DNA from: Candidatus Moraniibacteriota bacterium
GTDB taxonomy: Bacteria; Patescibacteriota; Minisyncoccia; Moranbacterales; UBA1568
Direction: 5' to 3'
Length of the DNA stretch: 64,000 nucleotides
NCBI GenBank assembly: GCA_037201605.1
Contig: JBBCGM010000002.1
Location: forward strand, 144,697 to 208,696
In this document: positions 40,444-48,859 of the stretch, piece after piece
Layout of the letters: each line of letters begins with the position of its first letter
How positions within the stretch are numbered: the stretch's first letter is position 1
Position numbers and translations under genes: made by a program
Notes under the pieces: generated by a model
What the model saw: only the letters and a program-made list of their open reading frames with translations
Databases searched by the model: none
What the model was told of the DNA's origin: nothing

Positions 40444-42496
40444 CTACGAGGAACGCGAGCGACGACCCTTCCCCTTGCGGGTAGCGCCGTATTTGGATTC
40501 CAGCATCCTGATCTCGTCGCGCAGGATAGCGGCCGTTTCGAAATCCAGCACTTTGACCGCATCCTGCATCTCGGATTCTTTGAGCGCAATGAGCTTTTCA
40601 GGACTTTCGCGGAAGACTTGTTCATCCAAGAGCACATTGGCCTGGACGGCCTTGTCATGCTCGCTCTCGAGGCTTTCCGTAATATCGCGGATCTGCTTTT
40701 GCACGCTGGTCGGGGTAATGCCGTGCTTTTCGTTATGGGCCGTCTGGAGCGTACGCCTGCGGTTGGTCTCGCCTATCGAACGCTCGAGGGAATTGGTCAT
40801 ATGGTCGGCATAGAGCGTGACCCGGCCCGAGACATTGCGCGCGGCACGGCCGATGATCTGAATAAGAGAGGTTTCGGAGCGCAGGAAGCCCTCTTTGTCC
40901 GCATCGAGAATGCCGATAAAGGTGACTTCCGGCAGGTCGAGGCCTTCACGCAACAGGTTGACGCCCACCAGACAGTCGAATTCTCCTTTGCGGAAAGCGG
41001 TCAGGATCTTGATGCGATCAATCGTCTTCACGTCGCTGTGCAGATACTCGGCCTTGATCTGCTTATCGCGCAGGTACTGAGCCAAGTCTTCGGCCATTTT
41101 TTTGGTAAGCGTAGTAGCAATGACACGACCGCCCTTTTCTACCTCGCTTGCGGTCGTCTCGATAAAATCCTCGATCTGGCCGCCATAGCCATCACCGGGA
41201 ATAATGGGCTTGATCGTCACTTCCGGATCGATCAGTCCGGTGGGACGGATGACCTGTTCCACGATACTGGTACTCACTTCACGCTCATAATCGGAAGGCG
41301 TCGCCGAAGTAAAGATAACGCTCCCCACCCGCTCGAGAAATTCTTCGAACCGAAGCGGCCGGTTATCAAGGGCGCTCGGCAAACGAAAGCCGAATTCCAC
41401 GAGCGTCTTCTTGCGGGATTGATCGCCTGCATACATGCCCCCGCACCTGCGGCAGCGTCACATGGGACTCGTCGATAATCGTAAGAAAGTCGGGCCGGCC
41501 ATTCTTATCTTTGGGAAAATAAGAGAGGAGCGTTTCAGGCGGCTCGCCGGCGCGCTTGCCGGAGAGGTGGCGGGAGTAATTCTCGATACCGTTGCAGTAG
41601 CCGATCTCTTGGATCATCGCCAGGTCGTAATTGGTGCGGCGTTTGAGGCGCTCTACCTCGAGCAGCTTGCCTTCTGCCTCCAGCTCTTTGAGACGCTCAG
41701 CGAGTTCCAAACGGATATCGCTTATAGCCCTGTCCTGTTTTTCCTTGTCGGTAATAAAGTGCTTGGCGGGAAAAAGAAAGATGTCTTTGGGGGTCCCTAG
41801 CACTTTCTGGGAGACCGGATCGATTTTGGTAATGGCGCCGATTTTGCCTCCGATGATTTCGAAAATATAGGTAAACTTCTCCGAAATCGGCATGACTTCC
41901 ACGCGGTTGCCGAGACTGCGGAACTGACCGGGATTCAGATCGGCCGTCGTGCGGTCGAAGAAGATCCCGACCAGGCGGCGCATCAGTTCCAGGCGGCCCA
42001 TGGGGTCGCCTACCTGTAAACGCATATTTTCTTTTTCGTACTCCTCGGGACTGCCCAAACCGTAAATACAGGAAACCGAGGCCACGATAATGACGTCGCG
42101 GCGCGTCAGAAGCGACTGGGTCGAGGCATGCCGCAGGCGTTCGATCTCGGCGTTAATCTGGGCATCCTTTTCAATGTAGGTATCGGAAGCGGGCAGATAG
42201 GCCTCCGGCTGATAGTAATCGTAGTAAGAGACGAAATAATGCACCGCATTATCGGGAAAGAACTCCTGATATTCCTGGGCTAACTGGGCGGCCAGGGTTT
42301 TGTTATGGGCAATGACGAGCGTCGGTTTACCGATGTCTTGGATGACGTTTGCCATAGTAAACGTCTTACCGCTTCCCGTCACGCCCAAAAGCGTCTGGCG
42401 GGAGGCACCGGCTTTGTAGGCCTCAAGGAGTTCCTGGATAGCCTTGGGCTGATCGCCTGCCGGCTCGTATTTGGATTGGAGATGAAAGGGAGACAT
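40444..42496 (-). CDS. uvrB: Excinuclease ABC subunit B (one frame break at 41430-41440)
   Basis: [23 protein letters not shown]|[30 protein letters not shown], and a C-terminal UVR domain. The break is a G5 run where G4 restores the frame. Confidence 0.9.
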
Positions 42497-42538
42497 AGAC
42501 GTATTGTAGCAAAGAGATACGGAACAGTACTCTTCTCC

Positions 42539-43225
42539 TTACTGCGCGAAATGATGCTTCAGACGACGCCAGACTTTGCGTCCCGCACCGCGCCCGAAAT
42601 ACAGCAGCGCGAGAAAAACGACGACGGCCACCGCCGAAGCAATATCGGCATAGGGTTTGTAGTCCACGATCGTATGAGAGATCTGCGCCAGCGAGGCAAT
42701 GCCGGCGTAACCGAGCAATAGATAGCCGAAATCCTTGAAGAAGTTGCCGGCAAAAGAGGCGGAGAGATACACGCGCCAATCCAGCTTGATGATGCCGCAG
42801 GCAATCGAGGTAAGGGTGACCGGAAAGAACGGCGTCAAGCGCATGAGGAAAAGCAGACCGCCGTCGCGCAGATAGTTGCCGCTGAAGCGCTTGCCGATAC
42901 TTTCTACTTCCTTATGGCCGATGCCGAAAATGCGCGTCAGGCGCGGCAAGAGCACGTCTTCCAGCTTGTCTCCAAGCCAGTAGTAAAACCCCGTCCCGAG
43001 TAAGCGTCCGATATTTCCGAAAAATGCGAGGAAGGCAAGATACCCGAGCGTCCGCCCATCAATGAGGGCTGCCGAACCGGCGATGCCCATAACGAGCGAG
43101 GCAGGCAGAATACTGAAGAATTCTTCCAGCGCCGAACCGATAAAAACGAACCACTCAAGCGGCACGACGGAAAGAAAGAGACGGAAGAACGCCTCAGTAT
43201 GAATGAAGAATTCGTGAGAACTCAT
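42539..43225 (-). CDS. DedA / VTT-domain membrane protein
   Basis: Intact 228-aa polytopic ORF. Confidence 0.55.
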   Translation of the reverse strand: MSSHEFFIHTEAFFRLFLSVVPLEWFVFIGSALEEFFSILPASLVMGIAGSAALIDGRTLGYLAFLAFFGNIGRLLGTGFYYWLGDKLEDVLLPRLTRIFGIGHKEVESIGKRFSGNYLRDGGLLFLMRLTPFFPVTLTSIACGIIKLDWRVYLSASFAGNFFKDFGYLLLGYAGIASLAQISHTIVDYKPYADIASAVAVVVFLALLYFGRGAGRKVWRRLKHHFAQ

Positions 43226-43247
43226 GTGTATTTTTGGCGGTCCTTCC

Positions 43248-44540
43248 CTATTCTACTCCACCTTGCATCTTTTCATCCACGAAGGTCAGGGCTTTCCCCT
43301 TTTTAGCGCCCCGGCCGGTGCGGCCGATACGATGGACGTAATCGTCGTAGGTTTCGGGAACATCGTAGTTGATGACGTGCGTGACATCGGGAATGTCGAG
43401 GCCGCGAGCCGCTACATCCGTGGCCGTGAGAATAGAGATCTCATCGCGGCTGAAGCGTTTGATGGTACGGGAGCGGGCCGACTGCGTCTTGTCGCCATGA
43501 ATCGCCTCGGCTTTGAAACCGCGGGAGGCAAGCTCGCGGCCAAGTTTTTCAACGCCGCGCTTGGTACGCCCGAAGATAATCACTTTCTGGAAACCGGGAT
43601 CGAGCAGCAGGCTATGGAGTACCTCGAGCTTGGATTGTTTCTTGGTAACACGCACGACATCCTGCTCGATATTGAGCGAGGTGGCACGATGCTTGACCGT
43701 AAAGGTGAGCGGCTCGTGGAGGAATTGCGCGGCGAGCTCGGCAATCGTCTTTGGCATAGTAGCCGAGAAGAATAGGAGCTGGCGCGGCTTGCCTACCTGG
43801 AGCAGCATTTTTTTGACATCCTTCAGGAAGCCCATGTCGAGCATGCGATCCACTTCGTCCAACACGACCGCCTGGAAGCGGCGGATATCAAGCGCCTGGC
43901 GATCAATAAGGTCGAGCAAACGACCAGGGGTTCCGATAACGAACTCCGGCTGGCGTTTGAGATTGCGTACCTGATCCTGGATGGAAGTACCGCCGATACA
44001 GAGCGCCGAGCTCATACGGAAACCGCGGCCAAAGAGCTTGAGTTCGCGCTCGATCTGTTCGGCGAGTTCGCGCGTAGGGGCGATAATGAGCGAGCGGTGG
44101 CGCGGATTTTTGAGGGTCTGATGAAGGAGCGGGAGGAGAAAAGCAGCTGTTTTCCCCGTGCCAGTGTTGGCGATACCGATAACATCCCGGCCGCTAAGAA
44201 GAGCGGGGATGGTGAATCCCTGAATAGGCGTCGGATGAGTGAGATTGCGGTGTGCGAGATTCTCCTTGAGTCGGGAATCGAGGGCAAAGTCATTAAAATG
44301 GACTACTGGGCTCTCCTGAGGGGGCAGCGTCTCTTCTTCGACGATCGGGCGAGTGAGGCGCGCTAAATCAAAGGAAATCTTCCCCTGTTTCTTCTTGTGC
44401 TTGATTTCACCCTGGCGCTTTTTGAGCATGAATTTCTTCTTGCCGGGTGAGAGGCTGCGCTTGCGCTTGCCGCGGACAACTGGTTTGGACATAAGGGTCT
44501 TATACATAAAAACAGCCTTCCGGCTGCTCGGAGTTTTCAT
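43248..44540 (-). CDS. DEAD-box ATP-dependent RNA helicase
   Basis: Q-motif region FNDFALD…PTPIQ, ANTGTGKT, PTRELA, VLDEVD (DEAD-box position), SAT, and HRIGRTGR. Confidence 0.9.
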   Translation of the reverse strand: MKTPSSRKAVFMYKTLMSKPVVRGKRKRSLSPGKKKFMLKKRQGEIKHKKKQGKISFDLARLTRPIVEEETLPPQESPVVHFNDFALDSRLKENLAHRNLTHPTPIQGFTIPALLSGRDVIGIANTGTGKTAAFLLPLLHQTLKNPRHRSLIIAPTRELAEQIERELKLFGRGFRMSSALCIGGTSIQDQVRNLKRQPEFVIGTPGRLLDLIDRQALDIRRFQAVVLDEVDRMLDMGFLKDVKKMLLQVGKPRQLLFFSATMPKTIAELAAQFLHEPLTFTVKHRATSLNIEQDVVRVTKKQSKLEVLHSLLLDPGFQKVIIFGRTKRGVEKLGRELASRGFKAEAIHGDKTQSARSRTIKRFSRDEISILTATDVAARGLDIPDVTHVINYDVPETYDDYVHRIGRTGRGAKKGKALTFVDEKMQGGVE

Positions 44541-44555
44541 TAAATCAGAAAACCT

Positions 44556-44777
44556 TTACTTTGTCAAACCCGACCGCTTTACGTGCTTCATTTCAACGTA
44601 TTCGGTCATAAGCTGAGTGTGAGAGGCAGCTTCGGCCTGCAGCTGGGCCTGAGCCCCCTCCGATAACCGATAGGCAGCCCCGACCGTGAACCAGGCCAAG
44701 AGAATGGAGAGAAGCATGACAAAAATGAGCGAAAGGCTCGAGGAGATTTCTTGTTCAAAGGAAAAATGGATTGCCAT
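44556..44777 (-). CDS. Small membrane protein
   Basis: 73-aa ORF with one TM helix. Confidence 0.3.
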   Translation of the reverse strand: MAIHFSFEQEISSSLSLIFVMLLSILLAWFTVGAAYRLSEGAQAQLQAEAASHTQLMTEYVEMKHVKRSGLTK

Positions 44778-44780
44778 ATA

Positions 44781-45059
44781 TCAGACTTCGTTTTCAAAAG
44801 CTTTTTCGATGCGGTCTATATCCTTCTCAGTGAAGCCGTTCTGAAAACGGCGCTCGCGGAGCATATGGATGAGCTGCTCTTTTTCGCGCCGATCAATGCC
44901 GCGATGGCTGCCCTGCTCGTAGAGGGCCGCATTCGCCATGTCCGAGAACTGGTCAACCTTGCGACTCGAAAGGCCGGCGCTTGCCAAACGGCTACGAAAG
45001 CGGTTTTCGAATTCGCTCGGCATGAGCCGCTTGGAAGGAAAGAAGATGCCCATAGTCAC
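44781..45059 (-). CDS. Hypothetical small protein
   Basis: 92-aa ORF, tightly packed with its neighbours. Confidence 0.35.
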   Translation of the reverse strand: MTMGIFFPSKRLMPSEFENRFRSRLASAGLSSRKVDQFSDMANAALYEQGSHRGIDRREKEQLIHMLRERRFQNGFTEKDIDRIEKAFENEV

Positions 45060-45088
45060 TCTACGTAGTGTACCACGATTCCCTCTTG

Positions 45089-46060
45089 CTAAGTGGGAGC
45101 TTGGCCGAAAAATGCGGCACGGGAAGAATAGTAGCGGAAAAGTTCGCGCAGATTCTCGAAAGAAAAGAACTGGTCCGTTCCACAGAAAGCGGTAAGGGCA
45201 GCCTGGTCTTCGTTCGTCAGCCTGACGGGGTGCTGAGACTGGTCTTTCATGAGGTAGTACATGACCGAAGCCGGATTTTCGACATGATCAAGACCCAAAG
45301 CATGGCCGAATTCGTGAGCCAACACCAGTCCGAGCTCATCGGTGTTCCGAAACTCATAGATGTTAATGGCGTTCCCTACATATTCTCCCTGATCGAATTC
45401 CTCGCCGGCGCCATAACGATCCTGGTATGCACGGATATCATGATTGAGATCGGCTACTACCCTGCCCTCTTCCTTGGCCTTGGCGTTAATTCCATCGACC
45501 AGGACATTCAATTCTTTTTGCTCCGCATTGAGGCTTTTGGCCCGCGCTTGCAGCGTCTCGCGATCACGGGAAAGCTGCGCATACTCTTCCGAAGAAGCGC
45601 CGCCGCGATTATTAGCCGCCTGCACCGCTTTTTCATAGGCAGCCAGATCGGCCTCATAGGTGGCGGCCTTTTGTTCAAAAGCGACGCGCTTCGTCTCAAA
45701 GGACTGCTTGAGCGTGTCATACGCAGCGCCAATCGCCTCTTGTTTCTGGGCTGTTTGGGAATGCTTGGCTTCAAGCGCCGCATACTCCAGCGTTGCCTGT
45801 TGGCGCTCATCAAAGAGAAAATTGACCTTCAAAGGAGCCTCGGGACGAAAGCGGAACAATTCGCGCCCAGCGGCTTGCTCCCACGGCATTTCGGCATCCT
45901 GAACCACTCCTTTGAGCACGCCTTGAGCGATGCCGAAACGCGGATCGACATCCCCGAGCGCATATTCGATAACACGCTTACAGGGCACCTGAGAAGAAAG
46001 AAAAAAGACGGCGAAGCCGCCGGCGAGAAGAAGAATGCTGATTGGCACGAGAAAGCGCAT
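45089..46060 (-). CDS. Matrixin-family zinc metalloprotease, membrane-anchored
   Basis: Intact 323-aa ORF with an N-terminal TM, a coiled-coil, and LVLAHEFGHALGLDH. Confidence 0.75.
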   Translation of the reverse strand: MRFLVPISILLLAGGFAVFFLSSQVPCKRVIEYALGDVDPRFGIAQGVLKGVVQDAEMPWEQAAGRELFRFRPEAPLKVNFLFDERQQATLEYAALEAKHSQTAQKQEAIGAAYDTLKQSFETKRVAFEQKAATYEADLAAYEKAVQAANNRGGASSEEYAQLSRDRETLQARAKSLNAEQKELNVLVDGINAKAKEEGRVVADLNHDIRAYQDRYGAGEEFDQGEYVGNAINIYEFRNTDELGLVLAHEFGHALGLDHVENPASVMYYLMKDQSQHPVRLTNEDQAALTAFCGTDQFFSFENLRELFRYYSSRAAFFGQAPT

Positions 46061-46065
46061 AGCCT

Positions 46066-46524
46066 TCAGGCAGAAAGCGATGGCTGATCCTCCGAAACAA
46101 GAGCTGCTTCTTTGGCACGCCGCTCTTTGTTGGCTTCGCGTTTGAGGCGCCGCTGCTCAAGCGCTCCTTCGGCTCGTTCACGCAGGTGCGTGTATTCTTC
46201 CTGGAGCTGCATCAGGTCGCCGTCGGACTTGTCTTCGATATCCACCATGCTGTTGCGGGCATGCTTGTTGGAGCGGATGACCTCATCAAGCTTGAGATGG
46301 ATGGCTTTGGCATCCCGATTCTGGGTATTCTGAATAAGAAAGACCATGAGAAAGGTCAGAATGGTCGTACCCGTATTGATCACGAGCTGCCAACTGTCGG
46401 AATAGTCAAAAAGCGGGCCGACAATAGCCCAGCCTATGACCAAAATCAGGGCCAGAAAAAAAGCGAGTGGCCGGCCCACGAATTCAGAAGTTTTCTGAGC
46501 AAATTTTCGGAAAAAAGCGTTCAT
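46066..46524 (-). CDS. Low-affinity iron permease family-like membrane protein
   Basis: FVGRPLAFFLALILVIGWAIVGPLFDYSDSWQLVINTGTTILTFLMVFLIQNTQNRD. Confidence 0.55.
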   Translation of the reverse strand: MNAFFRKFAQKTSEFVGRPLAFFLALILVIGWAIVGPLFDYSDSWQLVINTGTTILTFLMVFLIQNTQNRDAKAIHLKLDEVIRSNKHARNSMVDIEDKSDGDLMQLQEEYTHLRERAEGALEQRRLKREANKERRAKEAALVSEDQPSLSA

Positions 46525-46554
46525 ACTGGTTTTTGCCAGTATACCACACGCTTT

Positions 46555-48018
46555 TTAAGCTGTAGGCACCGTTACCAGTTCGACTACTTCATCAATACGG
46601 ATCTGCGCGACGAATTCCGGCACGTGACTCACGAGAATAAGCGTTCCTTGATAACGATTAAGTGCTTCGGCAATAACCGGAAGGTGGCGGAAATTTATGT
46701 GATTGGTGGGTTCGTCCATAATAAGCAGATTGGGCCGCTCCAGGAAGAGACGAGCGAACATCAGCAGCCCCTTCTGGCCCTCGGAGAGGCTCACGACCGG
46801 ATTCTGCATCAAGCCGGAAGGCAAGAGAAAGCGCGCACTGGTCTTATATACCGTTTCCATATTCTTATCAGGACTGGCTTCCAAAAGCGTCTGCGCGACC
46901 GTTTTCTCAAAATCGAGCGTTGAAAAATCCTGACGGTAGTAACCGACATTTACACCAGGGGTGATAGCGGCCCGTTCCTGATCGCCGCGCGCCAAGGCTT
47001 CGAGGAAGGTGCTCTTGCCGGCGCCGTTAGGACCGGTAACGAGAAGATGGGTGTTGCGCTTCAAGACGAGATCGTCCAAGGATTGGATGACGGGACCTTT
47101 ATCGGTCATCAAAGAAACGGAGTGAAGGGTCACGACCGGTCCGGGTTCGGTATCGCACTCGATATCGAAGGTGGGCAGGGTTTTGTCTTCGCGGCGTACA
47201 TCCACTTTGTTCTCTTCGAGATCTTCGGCCAGATCGCGCATACGTTTGGCCACGCCGCGCAGCTTACCGCCCTTGTTGGCAAAAACATTGGCCTGATCGC
47301 GCTTTTCCTTGATGGTGCGTTCGAGGCGCACGTTCTCACGCTCCGCCTTTTCGACACGGCGTGTAATTTCTTCCACTACATCGTAGTAGTCGCCCGTATA
47401 CTGTTCGACAGAATGGGTGAAGCTGTCGAGATAGAGGACGCCCTCGGTGAACGCGTTTAAGAAGTTGGCATCGTGAGAGATGACAATCAGGGTCTTCTGG
47501 TACTGCATGAGAAATTCAGTGAGATGAGCGATACCCGTTTCATCCAGGTTGTTGGTCGGCTCGTCCAAAAGAAGAATATCTGGATTTTGGATAAGAGCGC
47601 CGGCAAGCAGCAGGCGCGCCTGTTGGCCGCCCGAGAAGGCACCGATTTTCTTTTCAAGCGGAGGAACGGGCAAATTGACTATTTCCAGCACATCCGCAAT
47701 GAGCTTCGGAAGATTCCATTGCTTTTCAGAGAAGAATTGCGAGAAGAATTGCTCGATAGTCCAATCCAGCTGAGCGCGGTCGAATACCTGTTTAGCAATA
47801 GCCACCGTTATTCCAGACTCCAGAGAGACGCGGCCTCCGCCCGGTTTGATTTCTCCTATGATAAGGCGAAACAGAGAGCTCTTCCCGGCGCCGTTTTGGC
47901 CCATAAGGGTAAGTTTCGCCCCGCGGCGCACCGAAAAACTCGCCTCCTCGAGAACAGGCTTGGCATGCAGGTACTCGAACGTGACACGATCGAAACGCAG
48001 GACGACTTGTTCAGCCAT
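46555..48018 (-). CDS. ABC-F family ATPase (tandem ABC domains, no TM domain)
   Basis: Intact 487 aa with GQNGAGKSS, LSGGQQARL…LLLDEPTNNLD, GPNGAGKST and LSEGQKG…LIMDEPTNH. Confidence 0.85.
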   Translation of the reverse strand: MAEQVVLRFDRVTFEYLHAKPVLEEASFSVRRGAKLTLMGQNGAGKSSLFRLIIGEIKPGGGRVSLESGITVAIAKQVFDRAQLDWTIEQFFSQFFSEKQWNLPKLIADVLEIVNLPVPPLEKKIGAFSGGQQARLLLAGALIQNPDILLLDEPTNNLDETGIAHLTEFLMQYQKTLIVISHDANFLNAFTEGVLYLDSFTHSVEQYTGDYYDVVEEITRRVEKAERENVRLERTIKEKRDQANVFANKGGKLRGVAKRMRDLAEDLEENKVDVRREDKTLPTFDIECDTEPGPVVTLHSVSLMTDKGPVIQSLDDLVLKRNTHLLVTGPNGAGKSTFLEALARGDQERAAITPGVNVGYYRQDFSTLDFEKTVAQTLLEASPDKNMETVYKTSARFLLPSGLMQNPVVSLSEGQKGLLMFARLFLERPNLLIMDEPTNHINFRHLPVIAEALNRYQGTLILVSHVPEFVAQIRIDEVVELVTVPTA

Positions 48019-48071
48019 AGAGTTATTGCCTCTTTACAATAAAGCCCGGTAAAACCGGGTTTCAGAAAATT

Positions 48072-48148
48072 TGGCGGGAGTGAAGGGGCTCGAACCCTCG
48101 ACCTTCTGCGTGACAGGCAGACGCTCTAACCAGCTGAGCTACACCCCC
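48072..48148 (-). tRNA. tRNA-Asp (GTC), CCA encoded
   Basis: Acceptor GGGGGTG/CACTCCC, anticodon stem TCTGC/GCAGA with loop CTGTCAC, 3' GCCA. Confidence 0.9.
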
Positions 48149-48160
48149 AGAATATTTTTG

Positions 48161-48234
48161 TAGCAGGGGTGAGATTCGAACTCACGACCTAAGGGTTATG
48201 ATTCCTTCGCTCTAACCAACTGAGCTACCCTGCC
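48161..48234 (-). tRNA. tRNA with CAT anticodon (elongator Met-like; Ile2 not excluded)
   Basis: Acceptor GGCAGGG/CCCTGCT, GTAGCTCAGTTGGTTAGAGC D-arm, loop ATCATAA, T-arm GTGAG-TTCGAAT-CTCAC. Confidence 0.8.
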
Positions 48235-48284
48235 CTGCATGCTCTTCAAAAAACAAAGTCCGGCTTTCCAGACTGTTTCCTTTG

Positions 48285-48356
48285 TTGCGGGGGGCGGATT
48301 CGAACCGCCGACCTTCTGGTTATGAGCCAGACGAGCTACCACTGCTCTACCCCGCT
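48285..48356 (-). tRNA. tRNA-Met (CAT), initiator-like
   Basis: AGCGGGGTAGAGCAGTGGTAGCTCGTCTGGCTCATAACCAGAAGGTCGGCGGTTCGAATCCGCCCCCCGCAA. It resembles bacterial tRNA-fMet and has an A1·A72 mismatch. Confidence 0.75.
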
Positions 48357-48371
48357 GTAATTTCCCGCCTG

Positions 48372-48445
48372 TGGGTGATCCAAGACTCGAACTTGGGACC
48401 TCAGCATTATCAGTGCTGCGCTCTAACCACCTGAGCTAATCACCC
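48372..48445 (-). tRNA. tRNA-Ile (GAT)
   Basis: Acceptor GGGTGAT/ATCACCC, anticodon stem CAGCA/TGCTG with loop CTGATAA. Confidence 0.9.
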
Positions 48446-48623
48446 GTTTTTGCACCATTTTTCCGGGCTGGCAGAGCGCGACAGCCTGGCGCTTTCTCTA
48501 TGAAGACAGAAATGATGATAACCTATTTGCCGGGAAAAATCAAGTCCTTCCTTTCTCTTTCGGTATACTCCCCTTCTTTTGTGTATGCAACTCCCACATA
48601 CTAAAGGATCACGCCGAGAATGC

Positions 48624-48651
48624 TTTACAAACCGGTCGAAAATGGTATACT
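48624..48651 (+). promoter_or_regulatory. Promoter for the tRNA-Ala pair
   Basis: TTTACA (48624-48629), a 16-nt spacer, then an extended -10 TGgTATACT (48643-48651). It lies ~15 nt upstream of the tRNA 5' end. Confidence 0.55.
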
Positions 48652-48666
48652 GCGAAACGTTCTCTT

Positions 48667-48739
48667 GGGCCCTTAGCTTAGTTGGTAGAGCGCCGCATTT
48701 GCAATGCGGAGGTCATCGGTTCGAATCCGATAGGGTCCA
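48667..48739 (+). tRNA. tRNA-Ala (TGC)
   Basis: G3:U70 pair, anticodon stem CCGCA/TGCGG with loop TTTGCAA. Confidence 0.9.
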
Positions 48740-48751
48740 CTTTTATTTTTC

Positions 48752-48825
48752 GGGCCTGTAGTTAAGTGGTACAACGCTGCATTCGCATTGCAGAGGCGCG
48801 AGTTCGATTCTCGCCAGGTCCACCA
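48752..48825 (+). tRNA. tRNA-Ala (CGC), CCA encoded
   Basis: G3:U70 pair, anticodon stem CTGCA/TGCAG with loop TTCGCAT, 3' ACCA. Confidence 0.9.
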
Positions 48826-48859
48826 CTATAAGCAAGTGCTGATCTCCCGGATCAGCCTC

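Noticed and set aside
48579-48761. 60-aa + ORF
   Set aside because: It overlaps tRNA-Ala(TGC) and the promoter region, and its C-terminal half is simply the tRNA sequence translated.
48838-48856. Hairpin GCTGATC-TCCCG-GATCAGC as a terminator between tRNA-Ala and the 1012-aa gene
   Set aside because: No U-tract follows on either strand, which is too weak to call.
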